A stretch of 64,000 nt of DNA from Patescibacteria group bacterium. Lineage in GTDB: Bacteria; Patescibacteriota; Microgenomatia; UBA1400; PJMF01. Numbering within the stretch: position 1 is the stretch's first letter; each line of letters begins with the position of its first letter. The notes below the pieces were generated by a model. That model was given only the letters and a program-made list of their open reading frames with translations. It was not told the DNA's origin and did no database searches. Both the position numbers and the translations under genes were made by a program. The stretch lies in the NCBI GenBank assembly GCA_039934415.1, contig JBDTME010000002.1, positions 92,746 through 156,745 of the forward strand, read 5' to 3'. Positions 28,901 through 37,729 of this stretch are shown here, in pieces.

Positions 28901-29327
28901 AAAGATCTTGATAAGTTAAAAGGCTAGTGTAGGGGGAGCGTTGTTCAAAAAAGAGGCTCACATCAATCAAATTCTGCCCAACTTGTTCAAATCTTTTCTC
29001 ACCACGATAAGAAAATGGCTGATGCATGACCACATAACTCAACCCTTTGGTTTCTTGAAAAATCTTCACCATTTTCTTGGCCTGATCTATAGACAAGTGT
29101 TCAACGTCATCAATCCAGAAAACCTTGTACCAAGTAGAGGAGAGGCCAGAATCTAAAAACTGTTCAAGAGAAGCGGAGTCACTGCTTTTTTGCGTCACTT
29201 CTAAACCATGCTGTTGTAGTTGGTCGGCAAATAAATCGGAGAGTACAGGACTTTGTGAAAAAATCAGTACAGTTAAATCTTGTGGTAGTGTTTCGGTGAC
29301 GAACGCACTCATTTGGGCAGCTTTCAA
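25911..29327 (-). CDS. large hypothetical bitopic membrane protein (1,138 aa)
   Basis: An N-terminal ~550-aa cytoplasmic region contains a Pro-rich low-complexity segment and a coiled coil. One TM helix follows (FWFFCAVFGTAIFLVALFFF), then a ~570-aa extracytoplasmic domain. No confident family. Confidence 0.45.
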   Translation of the reverse strand: MKAAQMSAFVTETLPQDLTVLIFSQSPVLSDLFADQLQQHGLEVTQKSSDSASLEQFLDSGLSSTWYKVFWIDDVEHLSIDQAKKMVKIFQETKGLSYVVMHQPFSYRGEKRFEQVGQNLIDVSLFFEQRSPYTSLLTYQDLLSNELFSLNYQQIIHFLHQSKFPFTSDQIGFLNEKEVVESLVSLSFDPRGGKRRVVVSKRPLLTKTIMKTIQSEFRRRFKGEEVLLHPDLKSEWSGGFKDFPIPGSATLEEVVSELIVEAKFHYQPEKTVEDYSSTDIPRPHVPKARPLDEKKVSASKTTTQAPVSVPPPAPTSNHDEEMEKEPTEKNKKDVRKPLKIVEKRAETPRVNVLDTLPLSQLVPKSMANYHLTPQVSEPSALVNTLGIQESAIQLNVASPIITLPNRGPILIPEQQMPDIRRSKIILQQFSTSLERHVNSAVAAEAAAPQVNPQITARVHHERQQEQEKIKELEKDEEHQKRLLEKKIATLFSGTLKPQRTRADRHQERTTTPIQILFGQETRVGKWYRAQKGIFWFFCAVFGTAIFLVALFFFSVTSLQKNLMKMVQEFEQGGGVDSKSTANLIFSQNLLDKQLSFYSSVMGTSIFADSYSQLDVAKKLSTLSIALNEIQTRHVHAIRQVLGAESGDPVSTLTPSLGQTDTVYKQLSLLEGELKDTSSSIFFQTQFTPDQQKDFIDTISEIRREVLVGQQLTEVIPNILNKERTKTIAIVLQDSQELRATGGFVQSIATVTLTEGKVSNVKILKPDEVSSAISGEIQPPEEVQQYLGEKQWHLRDANWNPNFEITAKQIQFFLEKGTSTTVDGVIGINTNSLAKVIGVLGSVSLKDFDNESITEKNFAEREFFYAKTGLLSTEPTAQKPDFLASIFQATLEKIKTMDESQTKQLVSVLSDQLKQAEITASFQDLATETTLGTLGWTGSVITPPCPTQLVQEQCLVSRIYQVDSNVGVNKVNYSIKKKVEHSSQIKSDMIIHQRTITYENSSNSNSWPGGVYKNYIRWYLPDNAKLRTVTVNNVAVEPALIKQYQDKNSQVVGVFIEVLPETTSKVVLEYQEESIGKQASYAFFDQKQPGTGATPTKITMFYDPQYVPIVIAPDAQISGEKIEFSFWGGEHSFAGVKFR

Positions 29328-29495
29328 ATAATCAATACAAACAAAACATCATTTTCAGATGCTTGTTTCATCTTACGGTATGGAATGGGGGAGTGGCAAA
29401 TTTATTAATAAACTGCCCAAATCAAGAAACTTGGTGCTAGCAGATCTGGCGAACCAGATTAAGTCCAACAAGCGGAACGAATAACAGAATCTCTG

Positions 29496-29921
29496 TTAAG
29501 AATTATTGACTGCTTCGTCTAACGACTCGTTGACGAGTTTATCAGCCGCAGCATTTTGAGCACGAGGGATGTAGCGAAATGAGTAAGAACAAGGGAGTGA
29601 TGATAACAGCGTTCTGGCCTTGGCGACTAAAACTTGAAGATGAGGTTCTTTGACTTTCCAGTGTCCTTGAACTTGTTCAACAACTAACTTTGAGTCGAGC
29701 AGAAACTCAATGCTTTCGACTAATTGAGTCTCGCAAAATCGTTGACACCAGCCGATGGAGTAGAGGAGAGCTTCGTACTCAGCAACGTTGTTGGTTTGTT
29801 CCCCCAAGTAGTTGTTGTGTTCATGAATGGTCTTGTGGTCTTGTTGAACGACGACACCAATTGCGGCAGGTCCTGGATTGCCACGCGCTCCGCCATCAGT
29901 AAAAACGGTGAGTTGAGACAT
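29496..29921 (-). CDS. rnhA: ribonuclease HI
   Basis: VFTDGGARGNPGPAAIGVV and the catalytic DEDD arrangement. Confidence 0.85.
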   Translation of the reverse strand: MSQLTVFTDGGARGNPGPAAIGVVVQQDHKTIHEHNNYLGEQTNNVAEYEALLYSIGWCQRFCETQLVESIEFLLDSKLVVEQVQGHWKVKEPHLQVLVAKARTLLSSLPCSYSFRYIPRAQNAAADKLVNESLDEAVNNS

Positions 29922-29926
29922 GTTTT

Positions 29927-30385
29927 TTAGTTTTTCAAACTGATCACTAATCGTCGCTGCAAACCTTCACCTTCTGACTGAGTCACTACTTCAGGGTGAT
30001 CTTTTAACTCAACGTGTACAATCAAGCGTTCGTTTGCAGGCAAGAACGGTAAGTATTGAGGAACATTGCTCTCGATGGCACGCTCCGCAAATCGATGTGC
30101 CATATTCTTCAAAACCTCTTCGCGTTTTTGCTTGTAATCATTGACGTTGACTACGATTCTTTTTTCTTCAGCTTTATCGCGGAAAGAAATATTCATCATG
30201 CGTTGAAGAGCCGCAATGGTTTCTCCGTGATGGCCAATCAGCATGCCACTTTCTTGGTCTGACACTGAAATCTGGACAACCACGTTTTCATCTTCTTCTA
30301 AGACTGCAACCTCAGCTTCAGTGACGCCCATGTGGGCGAGTAGGTCTTGGGTATATGTTGTAATATCTTGCATAAAATCCTTCAA
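29927..30385 (-). CDS. jag: Jag/KhpB-type RNA-binding protein (KH + R3H domains)
   Basis: KH GXXG loop LIGHHGETIAAL. Its position immediately downstream of yidC is conserved. Confidence 0.7.
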   Translation of the reverse strand: MKDFMQDITTYTQDLLAHMGVTEAEVAVLEEDENVVVQISVSDQESGMLIGHHGETIAALQRMMNISFRDKAEEKRIVVNVNDYKQKREEVLKNMAHRFAERAIESNVPQYLPFLPANERLIVHVELKDHPEVVTQSEGEGLQRRLVISLKN

Positions 30386-30397
30386 GTTTTTAATGTG

Positions 30398-31177
30398 TTA
30401 TTTTTTGAATGAATTGACTTTAGAAACAGCGAGCTTCCAATAAGAAACCAAGCCACCGAAACCAGAGATAAAGTACTGTTGTCCTGCACTGAAAGCCGTA
30501 GTGACGACCCAATACAAGGCAAGACCTGATTGGAATCTCCAAGCGATGAAACCCGTCATGATTGGCATCATAAATAACATTTGTTTTTGCATGCCAGCAG
30601 CCATTTCAGCAAAATCTTCTTCTTTTTCATTTGCTTTTTGCACTTCTTTCTTTTTACTGTCATTTGGCACGATGTCGGTGACTTCAGCGCCTGGTGAGAT
30701 CATCAAGGACAAGATGAACTGACTAACACCGGCAAGAATCGGCAAAATGTGTAATGGGTCTGGCTTACTCAAATCAAGCCAAGCAAACATCGGATTAATA
30801 GCGATTCCATTAATTTCGGTTTGACTAATAAATTGATGAAGCACTTGATACAAGACAATGAGTAAGACGATTTGAACTAGATACGGTAAACAGCCTGACA
30901 AAGGATTAATGTTATATTTTTTATACAACTCCATTTGGGCTTGTTGAAATTTAGCTTTGTCTTTACCGTGGAGTTTTTTTAATTTATCGAGTTCAGGTTT
31001 AAGATCTTGGATTTTTTTCTGTGAACGAAGTGACCCAAGAGAAAGCGGCACTAATAAGAAACGAATTAACAGAGTCAGTACGATGATTGCGATACCTAAG
31101 TTACCAGTCAGCTGATACAGCTGTAATAAAATCTGTATAGTGAAGTCTTTGATAGGGTTAAAAATTGTACCGAGCAT
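30398..31177 (-). CDS. yidC: membrane protein insertase YidC/Oxa1 family (short form)
   Basis: A conserved five-helix core with PLSGCLPYLVQ and the C-terminal LALYWVVTTAFSAGQQY. Confidence 0.85.
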   Translation of the reverse strand: MLGTIFNPIKDFTIQILLQLYQLTGNLGIAIIVLTLLIRFLLVPLSLGSLRSQKKIQDLKPELDKLKKLHGKDKAKFQQAQMELYKKYNINPLSGCLPYLVQIVLLIVLYQVLHQFISQTEINGIAINPMFAWLDLSKPDPLHILPILAGVSQFILSLMISPGAEVTDIVPNDSKKKEVQKANEKEEDFAEMAAGMQKQMLFMMPIMTGFIAWRFQSGLALYWVVTTAFSAGQQYFISGFGGLVSYWKLAVSKVNSFKK

Positions 31178-31197
31178 AAAAAGTTTTTTTCTAGTTT

Positions 31198-31446
31198 TTA
31201 AACAGTTTGTTTAGATTTGTCGAAATTGTAACCAGGGCCGACACAACTCACCACTCTTTTTCCTCCTAAAAATAACCCTGAGATTGTACCATGCTTTTGA
31301 ATCTGCTGGATTGTATATTGGCTGCAGGTAGGGGAGTAGCGACACTGGAAGTGAAAACCAAACACACTTTGCAAAACAGCATTAAGTACTGGACTCAATA
31401 TGTTTTGGTAGGCTTTGATCAGCGTAATGGAAAGGCGTTTCATCAT
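31198..31446 (-). CDS. yidD: membrane protein insertion efficiency factor YidD
   Basis: YQNILSP...CRYSPTCSQY..QQIQKHG..G..LGGKRVVSC matches the YidD/haemolytic-domain signature. Confidence 0.85.
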   Translation of the reverse strand: MMKRLSITLIKAYQNILSPVLNAVLQSVFGFHFQCRYSPTCSQYTIQQIQKHGTISGLFLGGKRVVSCVGPGYNFDKSKQTV

Positions 31447-31766
31447 GAGTTGAGCTGTTGAACAGCGGTGTTGACCATTTCGTTTAGTACAGAAAAAGAT
31501 TTTCCCAAACTCGTTTTGAACAGCACTACCACGACTTGTTTGGACTCAAAACCTGCTTGCTGAGCGACGAGGATGGCTCGCATTCGTCTCAGGATTTTGT
31601 GACGTTCGGTTGCCTTTAAACTGACTTTTTTGGGTACCACGACGGCAAACTGAGTCTGCTCTGCAGGGCGATACAATACTTGAAATAAAGGGAAATTCTT
31701 ACGCTTCGCTGTTTTGAAAAAGTCTTTCTCTTGACGTAATTGTAAGCGAATGTGTTTAGGAAACAT
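31443..31766 (-). CDS. rnpA: ribonuclease P protein component
   Basis: A 107-aa basic protein between rpmH and yidD. It carries an FAVVVPKKV-type RNR-like motif region. Confidence 0.8.
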   Translation of the reverse strand: MFPKHIRLQLRQEKDFFKTAKRKNFPLFQVLYRPAEQTQFAVVVPKKVSLKATERHKILRRMRAILVAQQAGFESKQVVVVLFKTSLGKSFSVLNEMVNTAVQQLNS

Positions 31767-31768
31767 TA

Positions 31769-31912
31769 TTAAACCGTTAATTTTTTGCGCCCTTTAGCAC
31801 GTCGTCTCTTGAGTACAGTACGACCATCGTTTGTCATCATGCGTTTCATGAATCCATGAACTCTGACGCGTTTCATTTTTTTTGGCTGCCAAGTGCGTTT
31901 TGTTTTTGCCAT
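31769..31912 (-). CDS. rpmH: 50S ribosomal protein L34
   Basis: My hand translation gives [47 protein letters not shown] (47 aa). It is below the ORF-track size cut-off and sits directly upstream of rnpA. The overlapping ORF 31794..31976 is spurious. Confidence 0.85.
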   Translation of the reverse strand: MAKTKRTWQPKKMKRVRVHGFMKRMMTNDGRTVLKRRRAKGRKKLTV

Positions 31913-32115
31913 ACACTAACTCCTTAACATTGTAGTCTGAAGGAAGTATTGTACTCGAGATTGTTCTTCCGCACAAGGATTGAGGAAAAACAGGAAGAAT
32001 TCATCATAACCAGGGATAACAACGCTCAAAAAACTTTTTCAGTGCTTCCTTTTGGGGAGGTAATAAAAATGTGGAACAATTTGTGGAACAATTTATTTTA
32101 GGTCAATTCAGCCCA

Positions 32116-33216
32116 TCATGAATTTAACCGAAATGGCATAACGATGTAGAAAAAACCAGGCACTTCAGTGCAACTGAGTTGCGCAGATTTAAGAGGGTCA
32201 TTGCAACGCAGGATGCATTCCTTGCCTGAAATTCTCTGAAGAAAGTCCAGAATATAACGGCCGTTAAATGCGATGGTCATAACTTCTTCAGTGTTTGACT
32301 TCGCCTTTAAGGAACTTTCGTATTCACCGAGTAAAGAAGATTTAGCACTCACTACCACTTGATCAGGTGAGATTTCAATCAAAACGATACTAGAGCCTTC
32401 ATTGCTAAAAATCATAGCCGATTTAACATGATGTTCAAACTCTTGAGCATCGAGTCGGACTTCAGTCGCAAATGATGCTGGGATGATTTTTTGGTAATTG
32501 GGAAATTCACCTTCCAGTGTTCTCAATACGATTTGAGAATTTGGAAGACTGAAAAAGACTTGCTTGGCTCCTTCAGACAAAGACAGTTGCACGCTTTTGA
32601 CAGACTCGCTTTGAATGACTTTAGTAATTTCATCTAAGGCTTTAGCTGGAAACAAGAGTGTCTGAGGTTCGGCAACGTCTAACTCTGCCTGCAAAACAGC
32701 CAACCGATAACCATCTGTAGAAACAACTTTAGCGTTTTTGGCCAACTCAAATAATACTGAGGTTAAAATGGGACGGCTTTCGTCACGACTTGAAGCAAAA
32801 GTAACAAAGTCGACTGTTTGGTTAAAAAATTCGATTGGCAAAGTCATCGCTGTCCCTTCGGTTTGAGGGAATGGCGGAAAGTCTTGAACAGGAAACGTGT
32901 TAATGACCGATTTGATCTGTTTTGTTTTAATCGTCAGTGCTAAATCATTTAAACTCAGTTCCACGCTTCCAGATAAGCTCGAGACAAGTTCGTTTAATAC
33001 TTTGGCTGGAATGACGCAGGCTCCAGGTTCAGTCACAGTTCCTTGAATCTGTTGTCTCATTCCCATCTGCAAATCAGTTGCTGTTAACCAGATATTTTGA
33101 TCGACTGCCTCCAAAAAGAAACAAGAAAGAATAGGAAGTTGAGGCTTCGTAGAAAGAAAACGAGCTGCTTTCTTAACTGCTGAGGAAAGATTAGATTGTA
33201 AGAGTTCTATTTTCAT
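32116..33216 (-). CDS. dnaN: DNA polymerase III beta sliding clamp
   Basis: 366 aa and a three-domain clamp pattern. It sits immediately downstream of dnaA. Confidence 0.85.
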   Translation of the reverse strand: MKIELLQSNLSSAVKKAARFLSTKPQLPILSCFFLEAVDQNIWLTATDLQMGMRQQIQGTVTEPGACVIPAKVLNELVSSLSGSVELSLNDLALTIKTKQIKSVINTFPVQDFPPFPQTEGTAMTLPIEFFNQTVDFVTFASSRDESRPILTSVLFELAKNAKVVSTDGYRLAVLQAELDVAEPQTLLFPAKALDEITKVIQSESVKSVQLSLSEGAKQVFFSLPNSQIVLRTLEGEFPNYQKIIPASFATEVRLDAQEFEHHVKSAMIFSNEGSSIVLIEISPDQVVVSAKSSLLGEYESSLKAKSNTEEVMTIAFNGRYILDFLQRISGKECILRCNDPLKSAQLSCTEVPGFFYIVMPFRLNS

Positions 33217-33239
33217 AATCAGTTTCTTTAGTCATTCCT

Positions 33240-33700
33240 TAAAATACGTGTGTCCACTAGTTGTTTCTAAAAGAGATCTAATTGATTGAGGCAGGAAATG
33301 GGTTTGGTGAAAAATTCAAACGTTCTTTCGTAGTATAGAGAACAATTGCAAATTTACAAAAGTTAATTCATTTCAGCTTAATTTCATTTTCAGTTTCTTC
33401 TCTACCTATATAAATTAATTAGTAGTAGGTCGTAGTAGAGAAGAGGACAAAAAGGATAAGCGGTGAACTATCACCAACAAGTTTGGGTTATGTTCCTGTG
33501 TACAACCGGGGAAAAAGCGGGGACAAATTTATAAACACCAGTGTTGATAAACACGAAACAGTGCACAACCCAAAGTGAACAATCCACATATCCACAACAG
33601 TTTTACAGTTGTAAACAAGGTTTTCTACAGCCTTTTCAACAGAGTTTTCCACAATGTGGAAAAGGGGGTGACGTAAAGTGGTTAAAAAATGACACAGCCG
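33240..33700. other. candidate oriC: an AT-rich unwinding region plus a DnaA-box cluster between dnaA and dnaN
   Basis: The boxes are ATATCCACA (33588..33596), AATCCACAT (33581..33589), a palindromic pair TTTTCCACA-A-TGTGGAAAA (33645..33663) and TTATAAACA (33529..33537). An ~80% AT stretch spans 33241..33440. Confidence 0.65.
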
Positions 33701-33759
33701 CCTTTTTGTGTTGGTGAGGTGAAGTTCTCGTTTTTCAAATAACGTTTTTCTAGTGTGTT

Positions 33760-35364
33760 CTATTCGTATGCTGTTATTTGTTCAGTTGGAACTCCACCCG
33801 AGAGTGATGTTCTGACTGCCTGGACTTGGGTTCGTAATTCTTCATTTGCGGGAAGTGCCTCTTCAATTTTTTTGACTGCGTGCATGACGCTGGTGTGATC
33901 ACGATCTCCGAAGTAACGGCCAATCTCAGCAAATGGTAAATCTAAGTGGTGTTTGATCAGGTACATGGCGATGTGTCGTGCATTGGCGATTGGCTTTGAT
34001 CGTTTTGGCCCTTTGATATCCATGAGTTTGATGTGGTATTGATTGGAAATTGTTTTAATAATTTCAAGTGGTTTGGCGTAGATCTTTTCTTGTTTTTGAT
34101 CAGTGACCTGGTGTTGTCGCAAAATTTCTTGAACGAGATCATGGGTAATTGGTTTGTGGCGCAGGACGTGTTCTGAGTGGAGAGCTTTGACGATGCCTTC
34201 AAGTTTTCGAGTACTGGTGATGGCTGATGCAATGCGCTGAGCGATATCCATGGGAATCGAAAACTGAATTTGTTTGGCTTTGATCAACACAATCGCAATA
34301 CGTAACTCGAAAGACGGTTGTTGAATGTCGATGCTGAGTCCGCCTTCTAATCGTGATTGGATACGATCGTCCAGTGGACTGATTTCGTGTGGAGGCCGAT
34401 CGGAAGTTAGAATAACTTGGCCACGCGATTTCAACACTGAGTTAAAGGTGTGGAAAAACTCTTCTTGCATGGCGCGTTTCCCAGCCATGAACTGAATGTC
34501 ATCAATCAGTAAAATTTGCACCGATCGGTATCGCTGTTTCATCTGGATTGTTTTTTTTGTCTGAATCGCCTCCACAATCTCATTCATAAACTCTTCACCT
34601 GTTCGATAAATCATCGTGAAGTTTTGGTTGTTTTTTAAAATGTTTTGGCCAACGGCCTGCATCAGGTGTGTTTTGCCGACACCCACACCTCCATAGAGAA
34701 AGAGTACGTTATACGCTTTGCCCGGGTTTTGAGAGACTGCAACGGCTGCAGCGTGTGCCATTTCATTGGTGGATGAGACCGCGAACGTATCAAAAGTATA
34801 ATTTTTATTCAAGCCAGCTTGCTGGATTTTATAATCCACCAAATCTTCACCAGCTTGTTGAATACTAGCTTGGGAGAAAAGTGAAGCCACCGTGGGCGAA
34901 GATGGTTCATCAAGCGCTGTCTGATTCTCAGGCACATTGAGTTCTAATGATTGTTGGTCGATAGAAGTGGCTTTGCGCGATTTATGGGGAGTTGTAGGAA
35001 GAGTAAAATCGCCGACCTTGAGCTTGAGTTCAACCGGTTTTTCCACAATGGCACTAATGCAGTCTGTAATCGCAGCCTTGAAGCTTTTTTCAATGATTGA
35101 GATATGAAAAGAAGTAGGGGACTCAATCGTGCAAATCACTTTGTCCTCGACCTCTTGAACATCCGACAAGACATTCGGGAAAATCCAGGTTTTAAATACC
35201 CCTTGGGAAAGGTTGGCAGCAAGTTCTGCACAGACTTTTCCCCATAGCTCTTCAGGTGAGTAGATCATAGATTGAAATAGGTTTTTCTTGAGGAAGCTCT
35301 GATAAAATTGGGGCAGGAGATCGTACTTTTCCACACTATACACTGAGTTTTGCACAATGCGCAA
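33760..35364 (-). CDS. dnaA: chromosomal replication initiator protein DnaA
   Basis: AAA+ Walker A GGVGVGKTHLMQA, Walker B LLIDDIQF and a C-terminal DnaA-box-binding HTH region. Confidence 0.9.
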   Translation of the reverse strand: MRIVQNSVYSVEKYDLLPQFYQSFLKKNLFQSMIYSPEELWGKVCAELAANLSQGVFKTWIFPNVLSDVQEVEDKVICTIESPTSFHISIIEKSFKAAITDCISAIVEKPVELKLKVGDFTLPTTPHKSRKATSIDQQSLELNVPENQTALDEPSSPTVASLFSQASIQQAGEDLVDYKIQQAGLNKNYTFDTFAVSSTNEMAHAAAVAVSQNPGKAYNVLFLYGGVGVGKTHLMQAVGQNILKNNQNFTMIYRTGEEFMNEIVEAIQTKKTIQMKQRYRSVQILLIDDIQFMAGKRAMQEEFFHTFNSVLKSRGQVILTSDRPPHEISPLDDRIQSRLEGGLSIDIQQPSFELRIAIVLIKAKQIQFSIPMDIAQRIASAITSTRKLEGIVKALHSEHVLRHKPITHDLVQEILRQHQVTDQKQEKIYAKPLEIIKTISNQYHIKLMDIKGPKRSKPIANARHIAMYLIKHHLDLPFAEIGRYFGDRDHTSVMHAVKKIEEALPANEELRTQVQAVRTSLSGGVPTEQITAYE

Positions 35365-35424
35365 GCATGGGAATTGGCAGAAAACGAGAGTGTTGCTCCA
35401 AACCCGCGTAAGGTCCTATAGTTG

Positions 35425-35453
35425 TTGACGAAAGGGTGAAAATAGAGTACAAT
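35425..35453 (+). promoter_or_regulatory. near-consensus sigma70 promoter TTGACG-17-TACAAT
   Basis: Read directly. It would transcribe the small ORF 35500..35760, divergent from dnaA. Confidence 0.55.
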
Positions 35454-35499
35454 GTCTACTCGAAAATAAAATTATCAATCCGAATCTTAAAAGGTTAAT

Positions 35500-35760
35500 A
35501 TGCCAAGAAGTAACGAAACAACATATCACAGACCAAGAGTTGAATTGAGTGTTGAAACTCAAAACGAGTTGCTCACTAGATCGATGGCTGCTGTTTTACA
35601 AAATGAAAATATTCAGCCAGGAGTTAGTCTTACTGATCTTTCTACACATGAACAAAATCGTCTAACCTTACTGGCAAATAGACTTTATGTTGAGTTGAGA
35701 CGAGAGTGGATACAAGCACATGTGAGTCAAAAGATAGAAGAGAAGCCTCTAACAGCTTAA
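35500..35760 (+). CDS. hypothetical small protein (86 aa)
   Basis: An ORF downstream of a strong promoter with an AAAAGG RBS-like context. No motif. Confidence 0.35.
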   Translation: MPRSNETTYHRPRVELSVETQNELLTRSMAAVLQNENIQPGVSLTDLSTHEQNRLTLLANRLYVELRREWIQAHVSQKIEEKPLTA

Positions 35761-35791
35761 GCAAAACTTCAGATATTGAAAAAAATAACAA

Positions 35792-37729
35792 CTACCCTTG
35801 TGTCTGTTGTTTTCGATCCGCTAACACTTTTGCTTGGGCGGCTTGTTGGTCGTTCATTTTTTGTTTGGCGAGTAATTCTTCTGGGTTGGTCGTAATCAGT
35901 TGATGTTCAGTGTCTGAAGCAATGACGCGCAGCGCCACGTGATTTTGACCAGCAAAGAAAATTCCTTCTCCCACATCTGAAGCTAAGAGTAGTCGTTGTT
36001 CACCTTCCGAAAGATAGAATGTTTGGGTCAAAATAGGCATCGAGGCACTTGATTGTTTCATCAAGAATTGAATCGAAGAGTTGGTCACGATGGCTTTGCC
36101 GTAATCGTTATTCAAGAAATCCTCTACATCCTGAGTGATTGTGGTAATACCCAAGAAGTATTTTCTGGCGCGTTTGGCGATGGAGTGGAGGAATGAGGCC
36201 GAATCGGCATACTTCATGAAGTACCACGCCTCATCAACAATCAAAATTCTTTTTTTCAGTTTTTTCTTTACACGAGTCCAGATAAAGTCCAAGATCATGA
36301 ACATTGCAATTGGACGCAGTTCTTCGTGTAAATCTTTAACCGAAAAAACCGTAAACGCGTTATGAATATCTAGATTTGATTTTTGGTCAAAAATACCGCG
36401 GAATGAACCTTTAATAAATTTCTCCAGTCGAGCAGATAAATTGAGCGCGTCTTGCGTCTCCATACCAATCAGGGCTTTATACAAGTCTTCCATTAATGGA
36501 GGCTCATTGGCTTGAGTTGCTGGATCTGGAGTAATGCCTTTGGCTTTATATGCTGCTACCAACGCTTGATCAAGAATAGCGTCTTCGGTTGGAGTCATCT
36601 CGCCCATCATCACTCTCAACAATGTGTGCAAAGAAATGATTTTTTGGCCTAGCTCGTTTTCGCCTTCTTCATAAACATTCGATAAATCAAATGGGTTGAT
36701 CTTGGTAGTGGCGCCGAAAGTGAAGTTAATATACTCGCCACCGACTGATTTACACAACTCTTCATACTCATGTTCAGGATCGAGAATCAAAATGTCCGCA
36801 CCAAAAATGAGTTGACGGAGGGCTTCGAGTTTAATTGTATATGATTTTCCAGCACCAGATTTGGCAAAGACGACCATGTTAGCATTTTCCAAACTGAATC
36901 GGTCAAAAATAACCAACGAACCATTATGCTCATTTAGACCATACACAATCCCATTATCTTGAGTCAATTCTGAAGACGTAAATGGAAACGTCGTTGCTAA
37001 AGAAGTCGTGTCCATGTTGCGCGTGATGAGTAACCGATCAACTCCCATTGGGAGTGTTGTTTTGAAACCATCTTCCATTTGTAGAGATGCTTTTTTGGAC
37101 ACAATGAGCAAACTTCCCAGCAATGATTGGAGTTGTTTACTACTACTCTCAAGCTTTTCTTTCGAGGTGTCCATTAACGTACAGTACAGACCAAACTGAT
37201 AGAAACGCTCAGAGCCTTTGGCGAGCTGTTCTTGCAGGGTGCGCGCATCTTCGAGCTTCACTTCCGTATTAATGTTGCTAATTTTCCCCGAACGAATGTC
37301 TGACTGAATTTCCGCTTCCATCTCCGTAATTTTGCGACGAAGATTGTCCAGAATCTTGTCGACCTCTTGGGGAAATATGTACATGCTAATATCGAGACGG
37401 TGCGGAAAATTAATTAACGGTGACAACCAATTTGCCGGGACTGTTCTGGGATACCCGGCGATGAAAAAGGTTCTAGTGTAAGTCGAGTTGATTTTTTGAT
37501 AAGTAAAGTCGACCTCAATTGCTTCTGGGGCGATGATGTCCTGAATGCTCACCAATCCTTGCGCAAACTGTTTCAAGACCTTCTGGTTTTCCAGGTCTTG
37601 TGTTGCTTTCTGTTGCTCTTCTTGAGAAACGGGTTTCTTTTTCAAAAAGGGCAGTGGTAGGTTGATTGAGAATTTGGGCATCACTCGATTAATTATCCAT
37701 GCCTGGTTGTGGCGTACTTGGCATTTCAC
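35792..37729 (-). CDS. type IV secretion system ATPase, VirB4/TrbE/PrgJ family
   Basis: Walker A VVFAKSGAGKSYT, Walker B RILIVDEAWYF and an overall 645-aa VirB4-like domain organisation. Confidence 0.8.
   Translation of the reverse strand: MKCQVRHNQAWIINRVMPKFSINLPLPFLKKKPVSQEEQQKATQDLENQKVLKQFAQGLVSIQDIIAPEAIEVDFTYQKINSTYTRTFFIAGYPRTVPANWLSPLINFPHRLDISMYIFPQEVDKILDNLRRKITEMEAEIQSDIRSGKISNINTEVKLEDARTLQEQLAKGSERFYQFGLYCTLMDTSKEKLESSSKQLQSLLGSLLIVSKKASLQMEDGFKTTLPMGVDRLLITRNMDTTSLATTFPFTSSELTQDNGIVYGLNEHNGSLVIFDRFSLENANMVVFAKSGAGKSYTIKLEALRQLIFGADILILDPEHEYEELCKSVGGEYINFTFGATTKINPFDLSNVYEEGENELGQKIISLHTLLRVMMGEMTPTEDAILDQALVAAYKAKGITPDPATQANEPPLMEDLYKALIGMETQDALNLSARLEKFIKGSFRGIFDQKSNLDIHNAFTVFSVKDLHEELRPIAMFMILDFIWTRVKKKLKKRILIVDEAWYFMKYADSASFLHSIAKRARKYFLGITTITQDVEDFLNNDYGKAIVTNSSIQFLMKQSSASMPILTQTFYLSEGEQRLLLASDVGEGIFFAGQNHVALRVIASDTEHQLITTNPEELLAKQKMNDQQAAQAKVLADRKQQTQG

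Noticed and set aside
31794-31976. 60-aa ORF in the rnpA-dnaN spacer
   Set aside because: It overlaps out of frame with a clean rpmH (L34) reading frame that matches the canonical L34 sequence pattern and position.
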